64,000 nt of DNA from a virus (Duplodnaviria > Caudoviricetes), in the IMG/VR virus record IMGVR_UViG_3300028920_000023, one strand, 5' to 3'. The notes below the pieces were generated by a model. It was given only the letters and a program-made list of their open reading frames with translations, made no database searches and was not told where the DNA came from. A program made the position numbers and the translations under genes. This document shows, one piece after another, positions 8,775 through 18,295 of this stretch; the first letter of the stretch is position 1; every line of letters starts with the position of its first letter.

Positions 8775-9236
8775 TCACGACTCAAAAAGAAGCTCAACAG
8801 AACCATCCTCCGAGACCTCCTCCGAATCAAAAACAAAACCCTGTTCCTCAAGCTGATCAATAGCAACCTGCTTAGAATACTCACGCATCAACTTATTGCA
8901 ATCCTTCTCACCATCCCCAATGTGACCCATCAAACCAAAACCACCATTATAAAAATCATAGATAACCCGAAAACCACCCTCCCCATCATCAACAAGACCA
9001 ACCTCATAAGCACCAGAAACACCCCTAACCCTCAACACATGATCACACTTACCATACTGACTAGGATCAACACCATCACGATACGCAGCATCCTCAGCAT
9101 GATAATCATTCACCCACTTACCAAACCACCTATACGTCTTTTGGCCACGGACAAGCTCCAAACCAAGCCTGTCCGCAGCACGCTCCAAACAATCCAAATC
9201 AGTCACACGAACCTTCATCGTAACAACATGACTCAT
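8775..9236 (-). CDS. DUF1257 (Ycf35-like) protein
   Basis: MSH.VT....VTDLDCL..A..RLG....RGQKTYRWFG...CDH.L....YEVGL pattern; family normally linked to Ycf46 AAA ATPases. Confidence 0.75.
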   Translation of the reverse strand: MSHVVTMKVRVTDLDCLERAADRLGLELVRGQKTYRWFGKWVNDYHAEDAAYRDGVDPSQYGKCDHVLRVRGVSGAYEVGLVDDGEGGFRVIYDFYNGGFGLMGHIGDGEKDCNKLMREYSKQVAIDQLEEQGFVFDSEEVSEDGSVELLFES

Positions 9237-9487
9237 TCAGTCACCTCCTTAGGATCGCCAAGCGTAGCACCATCATCCAGAAAGCTCTCGGGAATTGCGA
9301 ACCTGACACCACTTAGGTGTTCTCTCATATTCTTCTCGGTCTCTTCCTTGTCCTTGACTCCACAAGCATAGCAGATATAAGCTCCGTTGCGCCCATATGG
9401 GCGCAACTCCGCAATTTTGCCGCAATAATCACACTGTTGCGGCTTTTCTCTCCCAATCACAAAAACGTCCCCAATCCTCTTGCTCAT
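9233..9487 (-). CDS. small CxxC-x16-CxxC zinc-binding hypothetical protein
   Basis: CDYC...CYAC; ATGA overlap with the ligA stop. Confidence 0.65.
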   Translation of the reverse strand: MSKRIGDVFVIGREKPQQCDYCGKIAELRPYGRNGAYICYACGVKDKEETEKNMREHLSGVRFAIPESFLDDGATLGDPKEVTE

Positions 9488-11448
9488 ATCATCCCCCAAA
9501 AATCAGACTCACTAATAATCTCCACACCAAGCTTCCTAGCCTTCTTAGTCTTAGACGACTCCTTAGAAGGATCAGCCTGGACAAGGAAATCAACCCCAGA
9601 AGCAACCTTATCAGACGTGGTTCCACCATTCCGCACAACCACATCCCACATCATCTTCCGAGTAAAACGCTTCCCATCCTCACCCACCTTCTCAATAGCA
9701 CCCGTAAACACAAAACACTTACCAGCAAGAGAACCACCAGAAACAACCGGTGCCTCAGGAGACTCCTCCTCCACAATCCGAACACCAGCATCCAAAAGAC
9801 CCTGATAAAGACCACGGCCAATAACACCACAAATACCCTCACAAACCGCAGTAGCCTTACGCTCACTGAAACCCTCTAAAGCAGAAAGCCTCTCCGGATC
9901 CAACGACAACATATCAACCTGCCCAATACCCTGAGAAATCATAATCTCCATCTGACGACGACCCAAGAACTGGATACCAAGCGAACCCCAAAACTCCTGA
10001 AGGGAGCAAGACTTAGACTTCTCCAATTCGGCCATAATCCTCTTAGCATTAGAACCAACCACACCATTCCCACGAGGGATCGCAGCCAAAACATCCTCAG
10101 TCAAACCATACAGATCAGCCGGAGTCCTAATACCATAATTGTCATACAAGGTCTCCAACAACGTATCACCAATATGCAAAATATTCCTCTTGGTGATCCA
10201 CGTCTTAAGAAGACGAAACTGCTTACCCTCACAGGAATCAGACATACACTTGATATGCGCCCCATCCTTCACTAGCTCAGAAAAGCAAACAGGGCAATTC
10301 GTAGGAGTAAAAATCTGCTCCCTATCCGCAGCTTCATTCGCCACACCAATAACCTTCGGAATAACATCACCAGAACGGATGACCTTGACCTCGTCCCCAA
10401 CAGCCACCCTCAGGCGCTCGATCTCCTCAAAATTGTTCAGAAGAGCACTCGTAACCGTAACTCCCCCAATATGCACAGGAGCCAAATCCGCAGTAGGAAT
10501 AATCGCCCCAGTATGCCCAACCGTAAGCTTAACACCAAGAAGCTTCGTAGTCGCCTCCATAGCCTTAAACTTAAACGCAATACCACCCTTCGGACGATTA
10601 TCGCGAACACCAAGATCCGAAAAAACATCAGAATCATTAAAAAACACAACAAGACCATCAATCTCAACATCCAAACCAGCCCTATCAGAAGCAACCTGCT
10701 GGTGAGTAGCATAGACATCATCCACAGTATGGTGGAGAACAAACCATACCACCTCAAAACCAAGCGATTGAAGAAAAACCAACTTCTCAGAATGAGAAAC
10801 GAATTCATCATCCCCAATCACATCAAACGCGATAAACGAAATACACTGCGCACGATCGCCATCACTCCTTCTGACCGTGCCATTCGCCGCATTCCTCGCG
10901 TTCGCAGCATCACCAAAATGCTTCTCAAAATCCTCCTTAAGAAGAATAGCCTCACCACGAACATGAAGATCCGAACGAATAGGAATCCTCACAGGAACAT
11001 TCTTGAACTTTCGGGCATTTCGCGTAATATCCTCACCGAAATGGCCATCACCACGAGTTATAGCCTGGACCAAAATCCCATCCTTATAAATAAGCTCTAC
11101 CGAAGAACCATCGAGCTTATGCATAACCAACAGCTCAGCCATTTCAGATTCAATACCAACATCCTTAATCCGCCTAGCATGCCACTCCCTGAACGAAGGC
11201 GTGGCATTATCCCCATCTCTTGAGCAATTATTCAAACTGCCCATAGGGATCTTATGTTCAGCCTTCGTCAGGTGATCAGCTACCGGAGCGCCCACAGACG
11301 ACAAAATGGGATGATCCGGACACTTCTCACGAACGTAATCCTTAAGCTCATCATACTCGGCATCAGACATGATACTACTGCCGGTATTGTAATAAGCTCT
11401 GTCAGCTTCCATGAGCTTAGACGTAACTTCCTTAAGTTGGTCTTTCAT
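9484..11448 (-). CDS. ligA: NAD-dependent DNA ligase
   Basis: YY...SDAEYDEL N-terminus, KLDG adenylation motif, VRGE, EIDGLV, CPVC zinc finger, HhH repeats, C-terminal BRCT. Start taken at 11448 from AAGGAG spacing. Confidence 0.97.
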   Translation of the reverse strand: MKDQLKEVTSKLMEADRAYYNTGSSIMSDAEYDELKDYVREKCPDHPILSSVGAPVADHLTKAEHKIPMGSLNNCSRDGDNATPSFREWHARRIKDVGIESEMAELLVMHKLDGSSVELIYKDGILVQAITRGDGHFGEDITRNARKFKNVPVRIPIRSDLHVRGEAILLKEDFEKHFGDAANARNAANGTVRRSDGDRAQCISFIAFDVIGDDEFVSHSEKLVFLQSLGFEVVWFVLHHTVDDVYATHQQVASDRAGLDVEIDGLVVFFNDSDVFSDLGVRDNRPKGGIAFKFKAMEATTKLLGVKLTVGHTGAIIPTADLAPVHIGGVTVTSALLNNFEEIERLRVAVGDEVKVIRSGDVIPKVIGVANEAADREQIFTPTNCPVCFSELVKDGAHIKCMSDSCEGKQFRLLKTWITKRNILHIGDTLLETLYDNYGIRTPADLYGLTEDVLAAIPRGNGVVGSNAKRIMAELEKSKSCSLQEFWGSLGIQFLGRRQMEIMISQGIGQVDMLSLDPERLSALEGFSERKATAVCEGICGVIGRGLYQGLLDAGVRIVEEESPEAPVVSGGSLAGKCFVFTGAIEKVGEDGKRFTRKMMWDVVVRNGGTTSDKVASGVDFLVQADPSKESSKTKKARKLGVEIISESDFWGMI

Positions 11449-11461
11449 CGACATAACTCCT

Positions 11462-12244
11462 TTAGAGATCCAAGATTCGCGAACCGATCGAAGCAAAAGC
11501 ACCCACAACCTGCCTACTGACAGAAGATTTACCCATCTTCTTTTCGACTTCCTCTACCAAATCATCACTTTTCTTCTCATCAAAATCCAAAATCCGCTTC
11601 GGATGCTGAATATTCACAGCCGAAACCCTATTAGGTCCGGAATCCAGATCGAGAACACGAGCACTCTTCGCAAAAGTATCGATCGCAATGACCTGGCGAA
11701 CGGACTCAGCCAATCTCTTAACAAAATTACGCACACCAGCAGCAAAACCCGAACTGGTCTGATAAGAGGAAGAGAAACCGAGATCAGAATCGAGATCAGA
11801 CAACGTCCTAGTCTCATTCTTGGATAAAACAAGATGAGTTCTTTCTCTAGTCCAAGAATTCATTATCTCCACATAGATATGATCTGTGGGATTATAACCA
11901 GGAAGCTCAACAAGCCTATTATCCTCAAGACGTACAAACAAAGTCCGCACAATCTTGTTCTGATGGCCGATATCATCAGCCGTCTGCTTCTCCTCCTTAT
12001 ATTGCTTATCGTCTACAAGCTGATACCTCTTCCCAGCTTTGTCTTTCGTCTTATCTGCAATTTTCTTCTGTATAAAGCGCGCAGCAGCATCATGAGTACC
12101 GAATCTCTTGGTCTGTTCAGAAATATTAGAACCAATTCTGCCCCATTTAATCTCGACAGTCGTATCGTCTATGAACTTGTAACTCCACAGCTTATTGCTG
12201 TTAGAGTCCTTGCTGATGTACCGAATCTCTTTCCCTATATCCAT
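11462..12244 (-). CDS. WGR-domain protein
   Basis: N-terminal SNKLW...VEIKWGRIG...A.RF..KKI.DK; ends in RILDL. Confidence 0.8.
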   Translation of the reverse strand: MDIGKEIRYISKDSNSNKLWSYKFIDDTTVEIKWGRIGSNISEQTKRFGTHDAAARFIQKKIADKTKDKAGKRYQLVDDKQYKEEKQTADDIGHQNKIVRTLFVRLEDNRLVELPGYNPTDHIYVEIMNSWTRERTHLVLSKNETRTLSDLDSDLGFSSSYQTSSGFAAGVRNFVKRLAESVRQVIAIDTFAKSARVLDLDSGPNRVSAVNIQHPKRILDFDEKKSDDLVEEVEKKMGKSSVSRQVVGAFASIGSRILDL

Positions 12245-12269
12245 TTGCTACCTCCTACTCGGGGTTAAT

Positions 12270-12292
12270 TCAGCAGAGATTACCTCTGCTGA
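12270..12292. terminator. intergenic hairpin
   Basis: TCAGCAGAG-attac-CTCTGCTGA. Confidence 0.5.
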
Positions 12293-12303
12293 TTCGGAAC
12301 TCC

Positions 12304-13227
12304 TCAGTCTAAATCAAGCTTCCTGCCATGACCCAAGATACTCTCGCGGGCCTTGTCCAAACTGGACCTGAGATCATCAACACCCCCTGCAATCAGGTGC
12401 TCATAAGAGCCAATACGGGCTTTGATCTTGGCGATCTCCTCTAGCTTATTCTTGAGCCATTTATCACCAACATCTTTATTCCCGGAAGTGACTTCCGAGA
12501 TCTTCTTCTCCAAGTTCTCCAAAGAGGACTGGAATTCCGTAGAAGCTGCATTGCCTACAACTTCCTGAGCGTGGGCCACATTCGGCATCGGGAAGAAAGA
12601 CAGATAATTGCCCCCACCCAAAGTGCCCAAGAATTCGGCCAAATTCCGCACAGTCTGCTCGTAAGCAGCAGGCACGAAATACACACAGCCTTGATCCCGC
12701 AAGGACACGATATCCGCGTTCTCTCGAAGAATCGATTTGATATATCGCGTCACATCAGAAGAAGAATACGTAACTTTCTGAGCACCAAATTCCTCAACGA
12801 CCCGATCTTTGATCTCGGAAACCGAGCAAGTGACAGCAGCCGAGAAATCCTTCGTCTCACGATAACGCTGCTTATCCACCAAGAAACTGGCTTCCCGACT
12901 ATAAGACAACTCCGCCTCAGCGCCAGTACCGTTCTTCAGTTCCGCTGTGAACTGATAATTCATAAAGCGATCATCCTCATCTGCCAAACGGATAATACGC
13001 TGTTCCTCCATAGCACGAAGAGAACGAGTAAGGGCACTCCTATAATTGTGTTCCCGAGCGTATTTCTCATCAAAACCACAACTCACAAGAGCCTGTTTGA
13101 ACTCCTCTTGGGTGATGTTCACGTTCCGGACATTCCACCAGATCATATAACCAAGGATCTGGAAGTCTTGATCACCCTCAACGAACTGACCCATCAAAAG
13201 ATTCTGAGCTACTTGCGTTTCTGTCAT
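12304..13227 (-). CDS. DUF6744/DUF3150-like phage protein
   Basis: LGYMIWW N-terminal motif, GCVYFVP, C-terminal coiled coil; ends in RKLDLD. Family assignment from memory. Confidence 0.55.
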   Translation of the reverse strand: MTETQVAQNLLMGQFVEGDQDFQILGYMIWWNVRNVNITQEEFKQALVSCGFDEKYAREHNYRSALTRSLRAMEEQRIIRLADEDDRFMNYQFTAELKNGTGAEAELSYSREASFLVDKQRYRETKDFSAAVTCSVSEIKDRVVEEFGAQKVTYSSSDVTRYIKSILRENADIVSLRDQGCVYFVPAAYEQTVRNLAEFLGTLGGGNYLSFFPMPNVAHAQEVVGNAASTEFQSSLENLEKKISEVTSGNKDVGDKWLKNKLEEIAKIKARIGSYEHLIAGGVDDLRSSLDKARESILGHGRKLDLD

Positions 13228-13264
13228 AAATCCTCCTTTGGCTAGAAGCCGAACCTGAAAATCC

Positions 13265-13633
13265 CTATTTGATCACGCTATTGGGCGGAGAAACCGGCAA
13301 ATGCTCGGGATGTCTTTTTGCCAAATCCCTCAGAGCATCAGAAACCATCTGGTTAAAATACCCAGAATTGGCAACGAAATCATAGGAGGAGATATACGAG
13401 CAATTGCCCAGATAAGACGTCTCCTCATCAACGACCCTGTTACGGTCCTTAAGCTGAGCAGTAACCGTGGCTGTACACCAGCCCCACCCGCCCTTAGCGA
13501 TTTTCATCACCTTGCGGACTGCTTCAGCATAACCTTCACAGGAACTTGTTCTTCTCTCGGATTGCTCCGGAGTCTCATGTTCCTTCACATTGTCGACTAC
13601 GATCACAAGTTTCATGGCTTCTCCTTTGGTCAA
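13265..13633 (-). CDS. hypothetical protein
   Basis: 122-aa ORF. Confidence 0.6.
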   Translation of the reverse strand: MTKGEAMKLVIVVDNVKEHETPEQSERRTSSCEGYAEAVRKVMKIAKGGWGWCTATVTAQLKDRNRVVDEETSYLGNCSYISSYDFVANSGYFNQMVSDALRDLAKRHPEHLPVSPPNSVIK

Positions 13634-13635
13634 TA

Positions 13636-13660
13636 GGAGGGCAAGGACTTCTTGCCCTCC
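13636..13660. terminator. intergenic hairpin after the AAA gene
   Basis: GGAGGGCAAG-gactt-CTTGCCCTCC, perfect 10-bp stem. Confidence 0.6.
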
Positions 13661-13675
13661 TTCCCAAATCGTCCG

Positions 13676-15331
13676 CTACAGATCCAAAATCCGAGCGTAA
13701 TTCCTAGCCACTGTCTTCTTGACAGTCGATGCTGGGACTGCATGGGTCTTAGCCCATTCAGCCATTTTCTTGAGATTATCGGCTTGGGACTTACTCAGGG
13801 GCGTCGTGTTCTGCACCGCGTGCATAATGTGCAAAACATCCAGATCCACATCCTTTCCGGACTCGATCTTCTGATTATAGGCGGAAAGCAAAGCAGACTT
13901 AACAGCCTCCTCGATCTCCGAACCAGAGAAACCTTTAGTCGAGGAAACCAGTTCTTTCCACCCAGTGGGGTCTTTCTTCTTGAGTACCTCGGGGTCACGC
14001 CCCTTCTTCCTGATATGGATCTCCAAGATCTCCTCACGCGCCGCATCATCCGGCTGATCCACGAAGAAGATCTCATCGAACCGACCCTTTCGGGTAAGCT
14101 CAGGGGGAAGACCTTCAATGTTATTGACCGTAGCGATGATGAAGGAACTGCCGCTACGCTCCTGCATCCAGGTCAGCAACGTACCAAACACCCTCTGAGA
14201 GACGCCAGAATCACCAGAACTCTGGCCGACACCACCAAGCACCTTCTCGACCTCATCCAGCCAAACCACCGAGTCGCCAATAGCGTCGATAGTGCTCAGC
14301 GCATTCCGCATATTGTCCTCAGATGCCCCCACAAGACCCTGGAATACCTTGGCAATATCGAATCGGACCAAAGGAACCTGCATCTCCGTTGCTGCAGCCT
14401 TTGCCGACAAGCTCTTTCCACAGCCCGGAAGACCCACAAGGACAATACCTTTGGGTTTGTCCACGCCAAAAGCTGCAGCCTCTTTACTGTAGCAGAGCCT
14501 CCGACGATTGAGCCAAGCCTTAAGGACATCCAAACCACCAATATCCCGGGACAACTGCTTGATATCCCAGAATTCCAAGATACCAGACTTCTTGATAGTC
14601 TTGGCTTTCTCCTTCATAACCAGCTCAGCGATGGTCGGAACCGCCTCCTGGTCATCCGTTTTAGCCTCCTTCAGCTCCTTCAGCAGAGTGGACCGGACGA
14701 TCGCCGCCTTGGCAAAGGCATTGGACGCCTCCATCAGAGTCAAACCAACCGCAGCCTCACCAATCTTGTCATGATCGTCTTCCTTTAGATCAGAGAAACT
14801 ATCGGGCTGCTGATTGTAGATCTCCTCCTTCCACTGGGTTTTGAGCTGCTCCTGTCGGGGAAGGCTATATTCCACCAAATGCAGATCACGTTCGATCTCC
14901 GGCGGGATTTTGCGCACTGGACTAACGAGAATCAGCGAATGCTTCACACTCTTGAAGCACCTCGAGATATCCCGTAGCAACCGCAGAACCACCGGGTTAT
15001 TGAAGTGCAGATGAAGATCACGGAAGATGAAAAGCTTGCGCTTCACATCCATGTTCTTGTCGACGACAACATTCTTTGCCTCGGAATAGATCTTCCCGAG
15101 AGCATTCGCAGCCAGCATCGTCTGTTTTGCTTGCTTGTCCGAGATCCAGTCGGTGACTTTGTCTACTGGATGAAGACCCTCTGAGCAACTCCAGACCTGG
15201 AATTGTTCGCCCGTGAGGTTGTAGTAACTGGCGATTTCATGACATGCCAGTTCTGCTCGGAACTCCTCGAGGCAGTGCAGATAGATGACGGGAAATCCAG
15301 CCCGTACGTAGGGTATAAGCGATGACGACAT
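13676..15331 (-). CDS. Ycf46-like AAA+ ATPase
   Basis: Degenerate first AAA domain (DLHLHF); second domain with IGGLD.LK.WL, GLPGCGKS, DEVEK, PPELTRKGRFDEIFFVD. Start set from AGGAGG spacing; ends in RILDL. Confidence 0.92.
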   Translation of the reverse strand: MSSSLIPYVRAGFPVIYLHCLEEFRAELACHEIASYYNLTGEQFQVWSCSEGLHPVDKVTDWISDKQAKQTMLAANALGKIYSEAKNVVVDKNMDVKRKLFIFRDLHLHFNNPVVLRLLRDISRCFKSVKHSLILVSPVRKIPPEIERDLHLVEYSLPRQEQLKTQWKEEIYNQQPDSFSDLKEDDHDKIGEAAVGLTLMEASNAFAKAAIVRSTLLKELKEAKTDDQEAVPTIAELVMKEKAKTIKKSGILEFWDIKQLSRDIGGLDVLKAWLNRRRLCYSKEAAAFGVDKPKGIVLVGLPGCGKSLSAKAAATEMQVPLVRFDIAKVFQGLVGASEDNMRNALSTIDAIGDSVVWLDEVEKVLGGVGQSSGDSGVSQRVFGTLLTWMQERSGSSFIIATVNNIEGLPPELTRKGRFDEIFFVDQPDDAAREEILEIHIRKKGRDPEVLKKKDPTGWKELVSSTKGFSGSEIEEAVKSALLSAYNQKIESGKDVDLDVLHIMHAVQNTTPLSKSQADNLKKMAEWAKTHAVPASTVKKTVARNYARILDL

Positions 15332-15454
15332 GTTCATCCTCCTGTGGCAAATTGGGCAGACACGCACGCGCCGCCCATACCACCATCGTGGCATGTGGCT
15401 TTGTCCGGCGTCCGTATCAGCTTGATTAAAGAAAGAAAGGTGCTTCTTTGAAAA

Positions 15455-15787
15455 CTACGAAATGTCAGACTTGTCAATGAAACGAAGCAAACCAAGATAA
15501 GAAAAACGAGACCGCACTATCTCGCTCTTGGTAAAAGACCTACAACCACACTCATAAACATCAGGCAGACTAGAAGCCGCACCAGCTACAACCTTAACGG
15601 CCTCAGGCAAAGTAAAACCCTCACCAACCTTCTTCCTAGTAACAAAATCAAGAAGCCACCTCTCAGCCCTCCTGAAAGAAGGCTGCGCATTGCAAAATAT
15701 CAAATCCAATTCTTCACCAATGACCGGGTTAATCTTCCCGATCTCTTCAATTACATCCATGACAAACCCCAATCTAACTCTTACCAA
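15455..15787 (-). CDS. hypothetical protein
   Basis: 110-aa ORF. Confidence 0.55.
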   Translation of the reverse strand: MVRVRLGFVMDVIEEIGKINPVIGEELDLIFCNAQPSFRRAERWLLDFVTRKKVGEGFTLPEAVKVVAGAASSLPDVYECGCRSFTKSEIVRSRFSYLGLLRFIDKSDIS

Positions 15788-16610
15788 GGAGAATCGGCTC
15801 CCTACTTCGCCGAATTTCCTCGTATTCGCTACTTATTGGACCAATAGAATCATTAAGATAAGCAATGATCTTATCGGCAGTTTTGAGACGTTTACCAGCA
15901 ACCACCATACTTACATCCTCGCCCCACCTCAGCGTGGCCATACGCCCACCGACATCTACTTTCGCCACAGCTACATCCCCCTCACGCTTGATGCCGGTGT
16001 AATCAGCAGCAACATAACTCTCGCTAAGATGCCTAAATATAACCTCATTGAAAAGCAACTCATACAGAAGCAACGCCCTCTCCATAAATTTAGATTTAGG
16101 AAAATTCCCCTCTTTCAACAGAGTTCTAAGGATTTCCTCTACCCTCCCACGACTATCGCCATAATAACTAGCACCAAGAATATCCGCAATAACGGACTCT
16201 CTCAGAGACTCAGAATTAGGATCAGCTAACTCATAGCTGATACCCTTATGCCGGAAACAAGCATCCTTGTAAACAAACCTGCTGGACGGGAACTCCCAGC
16301 GGCAAACGCCATGGGGATGCCGGTGCAGAACTACTTCCAACTCACCGTTACTCCCATTACTGCTTAACTTAATCTTGAAAGCACTACCGAATATATCCTT
16401 CAGGAACTTTCGGACAAGCCCCATATTGTCCCTAGCTTTGGATTTAGGGAGCTTCTGGGGTTTGGTCTTTCTCTTGCTAAGAAGCGAAATCTGATCGATA
16501 CCGACAGCCGCCCCATTCCTTGTCTTGATGTACCTATAGAGATCCATATTATCATGATCTCCAGGCACTTCGATTTCCAAGCAGACCTTGAACTTCGAGT
16601 AATTCCCCAT
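15774..16610 (-). CDS. hypothetical protein
   Basis: 278-aa ORF with SD. Confidence 0.7.
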   Translation of the reverse strand: MGNYSKFKVCLEIEVPGDHDNMDLYRYIKTRNGAAVGIDQISLLSKRKTKPQKLPKSKARDNMGLVRKFLKDIFGSAFKIKLSSNGSNGELEVVLHRHPHGVCRWEFPSSRFVYKDACFRHKGISYELADPNSESLRESVIADILGASYYGDSRGRVEEILRTLLKEGNFPKSKFMERALLLYELLFNEVIFRHLSESYVAADYTGIKREGDVAVAKVDVGGRMATLRWGEDVSMVVAGKRLKTADKIIAYLNDSIGPISSEYEEIRRSREPILLGKS

Positions 16611-16624
16611 AAAATTCTCCTATC

Positions 16625-16831
16625 TCAGATCAACTCGCCACAAACTGGACAACTACGAGGTTTGATGACTAAACCTCGTCGTTTAGCTTCAGCATTGCAG
16701 ATCTCATTCTCCTCTTCAGTGCACTCGTGCCACCTGCCACCAAACAAACACGACCACTTGTCGTGTCCAGTAGGAGAACCAACCCCAATACACACATCAA
16801 CAAGACCAAACCTCGGCAGTGAAATCCTCAT
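16625..16831 (-). CDS. small Cys-rich hypothetical protein
   Basis: 68 aa ending in CPVC. Confidence 0.55.
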   Translation of the reverse strand: MRISLPRFGLVDVCIGVGSPTGHDKWSCLFGGRWHECTEEENEICNAEAKRRGLVIKPRSCPVCGELI

Positions 16832-16839
16832 GTTCTCTC

Positions 16840-17487
16840 CTAAACAATATCCCGACCATCAAAACCTGAGCGCCACTTCAGTTTCAGCATGTGGCCGCTC
16901 TTCTTGGCACCAGCAGGATCGCCCAAAAGACGCCCCGTGGAGCGCTTCAGAACAATGCCCTCCGTGTACGGCAATTCCTTCTGCGCATTATAGAAATCCA
17001 AAAACCCAGAATCTACAGTTTCCGGAGTCCTCAAATTCGAAAGACCATCAATACACGGAAGAACCGCAAACCGCTCAGAAGCGCCACGATCGCCAACATA
17101 CTGGTCAGCAATATAAATCGAATCAATCAAATAGAGGCACTCGGGAAAACCAAGATCATCCGTACGGCGCTTCATCCATTCGCAAACGAGGATAGTCTTA
17201 TTCGGCAGACCCAGAGACCGCACATCGGACACCATATCGCCAGAAACCGGGATTTCCGTCGGACCACCCTTCTTCATATCTCTTCTAGAAAGGAAATATA
17301 GCCCGTTGCTCCTATCCCAGGCAGGATCACCGACACCAAGAGAGGAGATATCGTCATCGACAACGAGGTAACAACACCAGCCGTCTAGCTTCTGTTGTGC
17401 GAAGTATGTCGATTTTTGCTCGTACTCTGGGAGTTGTTCTTCTGCACCAAAAATCTCGATCGGTTTATCTGCGTACCTCCAGTTCAT
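16840..17487 (-). CDS. ATP-dependent ligase-type nucleotidyltransferase (catalytic core only)
   Basis: Motif I QKLDG, III VCEW, IIIa YLID, IV EGIVLK, V LKLK; no room for an OB domain. Confidence 0.8.
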   Translation of the reverse strand: MNWRYADKPIEIFGAEEQLPEYEQKSTYFAQQKLDGWCCYLVVDDDISSLGVGDPAWDRSNGLYFLSRRDMKKGGPTEIPVSGDMVSDVRSLGLPNKTILVCEWMKRRTDDLGFPECLYLIDSIYIADQYVGDRGASERFAVLPCIDGLSNLRTPETVDSGFLDFYNAQKELPYTEGIVLKRSTGRLLGDPAGAKKSGHMLKLKWRSGFDGRDIV

Positions 17488-17834
17488 TTTTTACTCCTTT
17501 CGACTACTTTAAATGCGAGTTCATGGGCTTCTGGTAACGGAAGCTTGACAAATTTTGCAAGGTTTTCTGGCTTCAGTGCTTTGCAGACTTGTTGTAAGAT
17601 CTGCGCACTAAAGAAATCTAGAAGAACAGCTCCTTCCTCCTCTTCCTGTTCTAATCGTTTACCAGTTACCGGGTCAACAAGTGCATATTGCTTATTTCGC
17701 ACAACCCAATCTACCGCATCAGTCCAATCCAATGTCTGCCTCCTTGTCGCTCTCTGCAGCGAGTTTCTCCCCTCTTTCCCTTGCGTCTCTATCCCTATCG
17801 GCAGTCGTGCGCCTATCCACACAAACCACATCAT
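17484..17834 (-). CDS. hypothetical protein
   Basis: 116 aa; overlap-coupled to the next gene. Confidence 0.6.
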   Translation of the reverse strand: MMWFVWIGARLPIGIETQGKEGRNSLQRATRRQTLDWTDAVDWVVRNKQYALVDPVTGKRLEQEEEEGAVLLDFFSAQILQQVCKALKPENLAKFVKLPLPEAHELAFKVVERSKK

Positions 17835-17843
17835 TTACCCTAA

Positions 17844-18269
17844 TCACACTAGCCCACTCTCATCCCGAGCAACCTGGATGTTGAGGTGGGGATACTTGTG
17901 AACATAAAAGCAGGCCATACCCTCGTCATGGTGAAGACCATCATGATGGCCTAGATCCTTGATGATCGAGAACGTCTCACAATGCGGGTAAACATCCACA
18001 TAACAAACACCCCTAATATTCATTACCTTAAAGCAGATACTTGGCGGGAGGCCCTTCTTGGCCTCTACGCCTGTATCTCCGATCTTGAGATCTGCATCGA
18101 AGGTTTTTAGAAGATTATAGATGGAGTGTGCCCAGCCGTCTAGGTCGCCAGGATTAATTTCTACGAAGTTGATCTCCATTTTCTCGATCAATTCCTCGAA
18201 GACGTCTCCATGGTCTGAGGGGTCTTTAACTTCTCTATGGATTATGTGCATTGTTTCTCCTTCTCTCAA
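17844..18269 (-). CDS. hypothetical protein
   Basis: 141-aa ORF; start may be 18251. Confidence 0.65.
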   Translation of the reverse strand: MREGETMHIIHREVKDPSDHGDVFEELIEKMEINFVEINPGDLDGWAHSIYNLLKTFDADLKIGDTGVEAKKGLPPSICFKVMNIRGVCYVDVYPHCETFSIIKDLGHHDGLHHDEGMACFYVHKYPHLNIQVARDESGLV

Positions 18270-18295
18270 TGTGCAAAACTACCCTGGGGGATACG

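Noticed and set aside
9317-16229. Long + strand shadow ORFs (e.g. 10471..11223, 12571..13245, 13652..14788; also 54816..56177)
   Set aside because: They are antisense to well-supported genes. The AC-rich + strand lowers stop-codon frequency, and the translations show no recognisable motifs.
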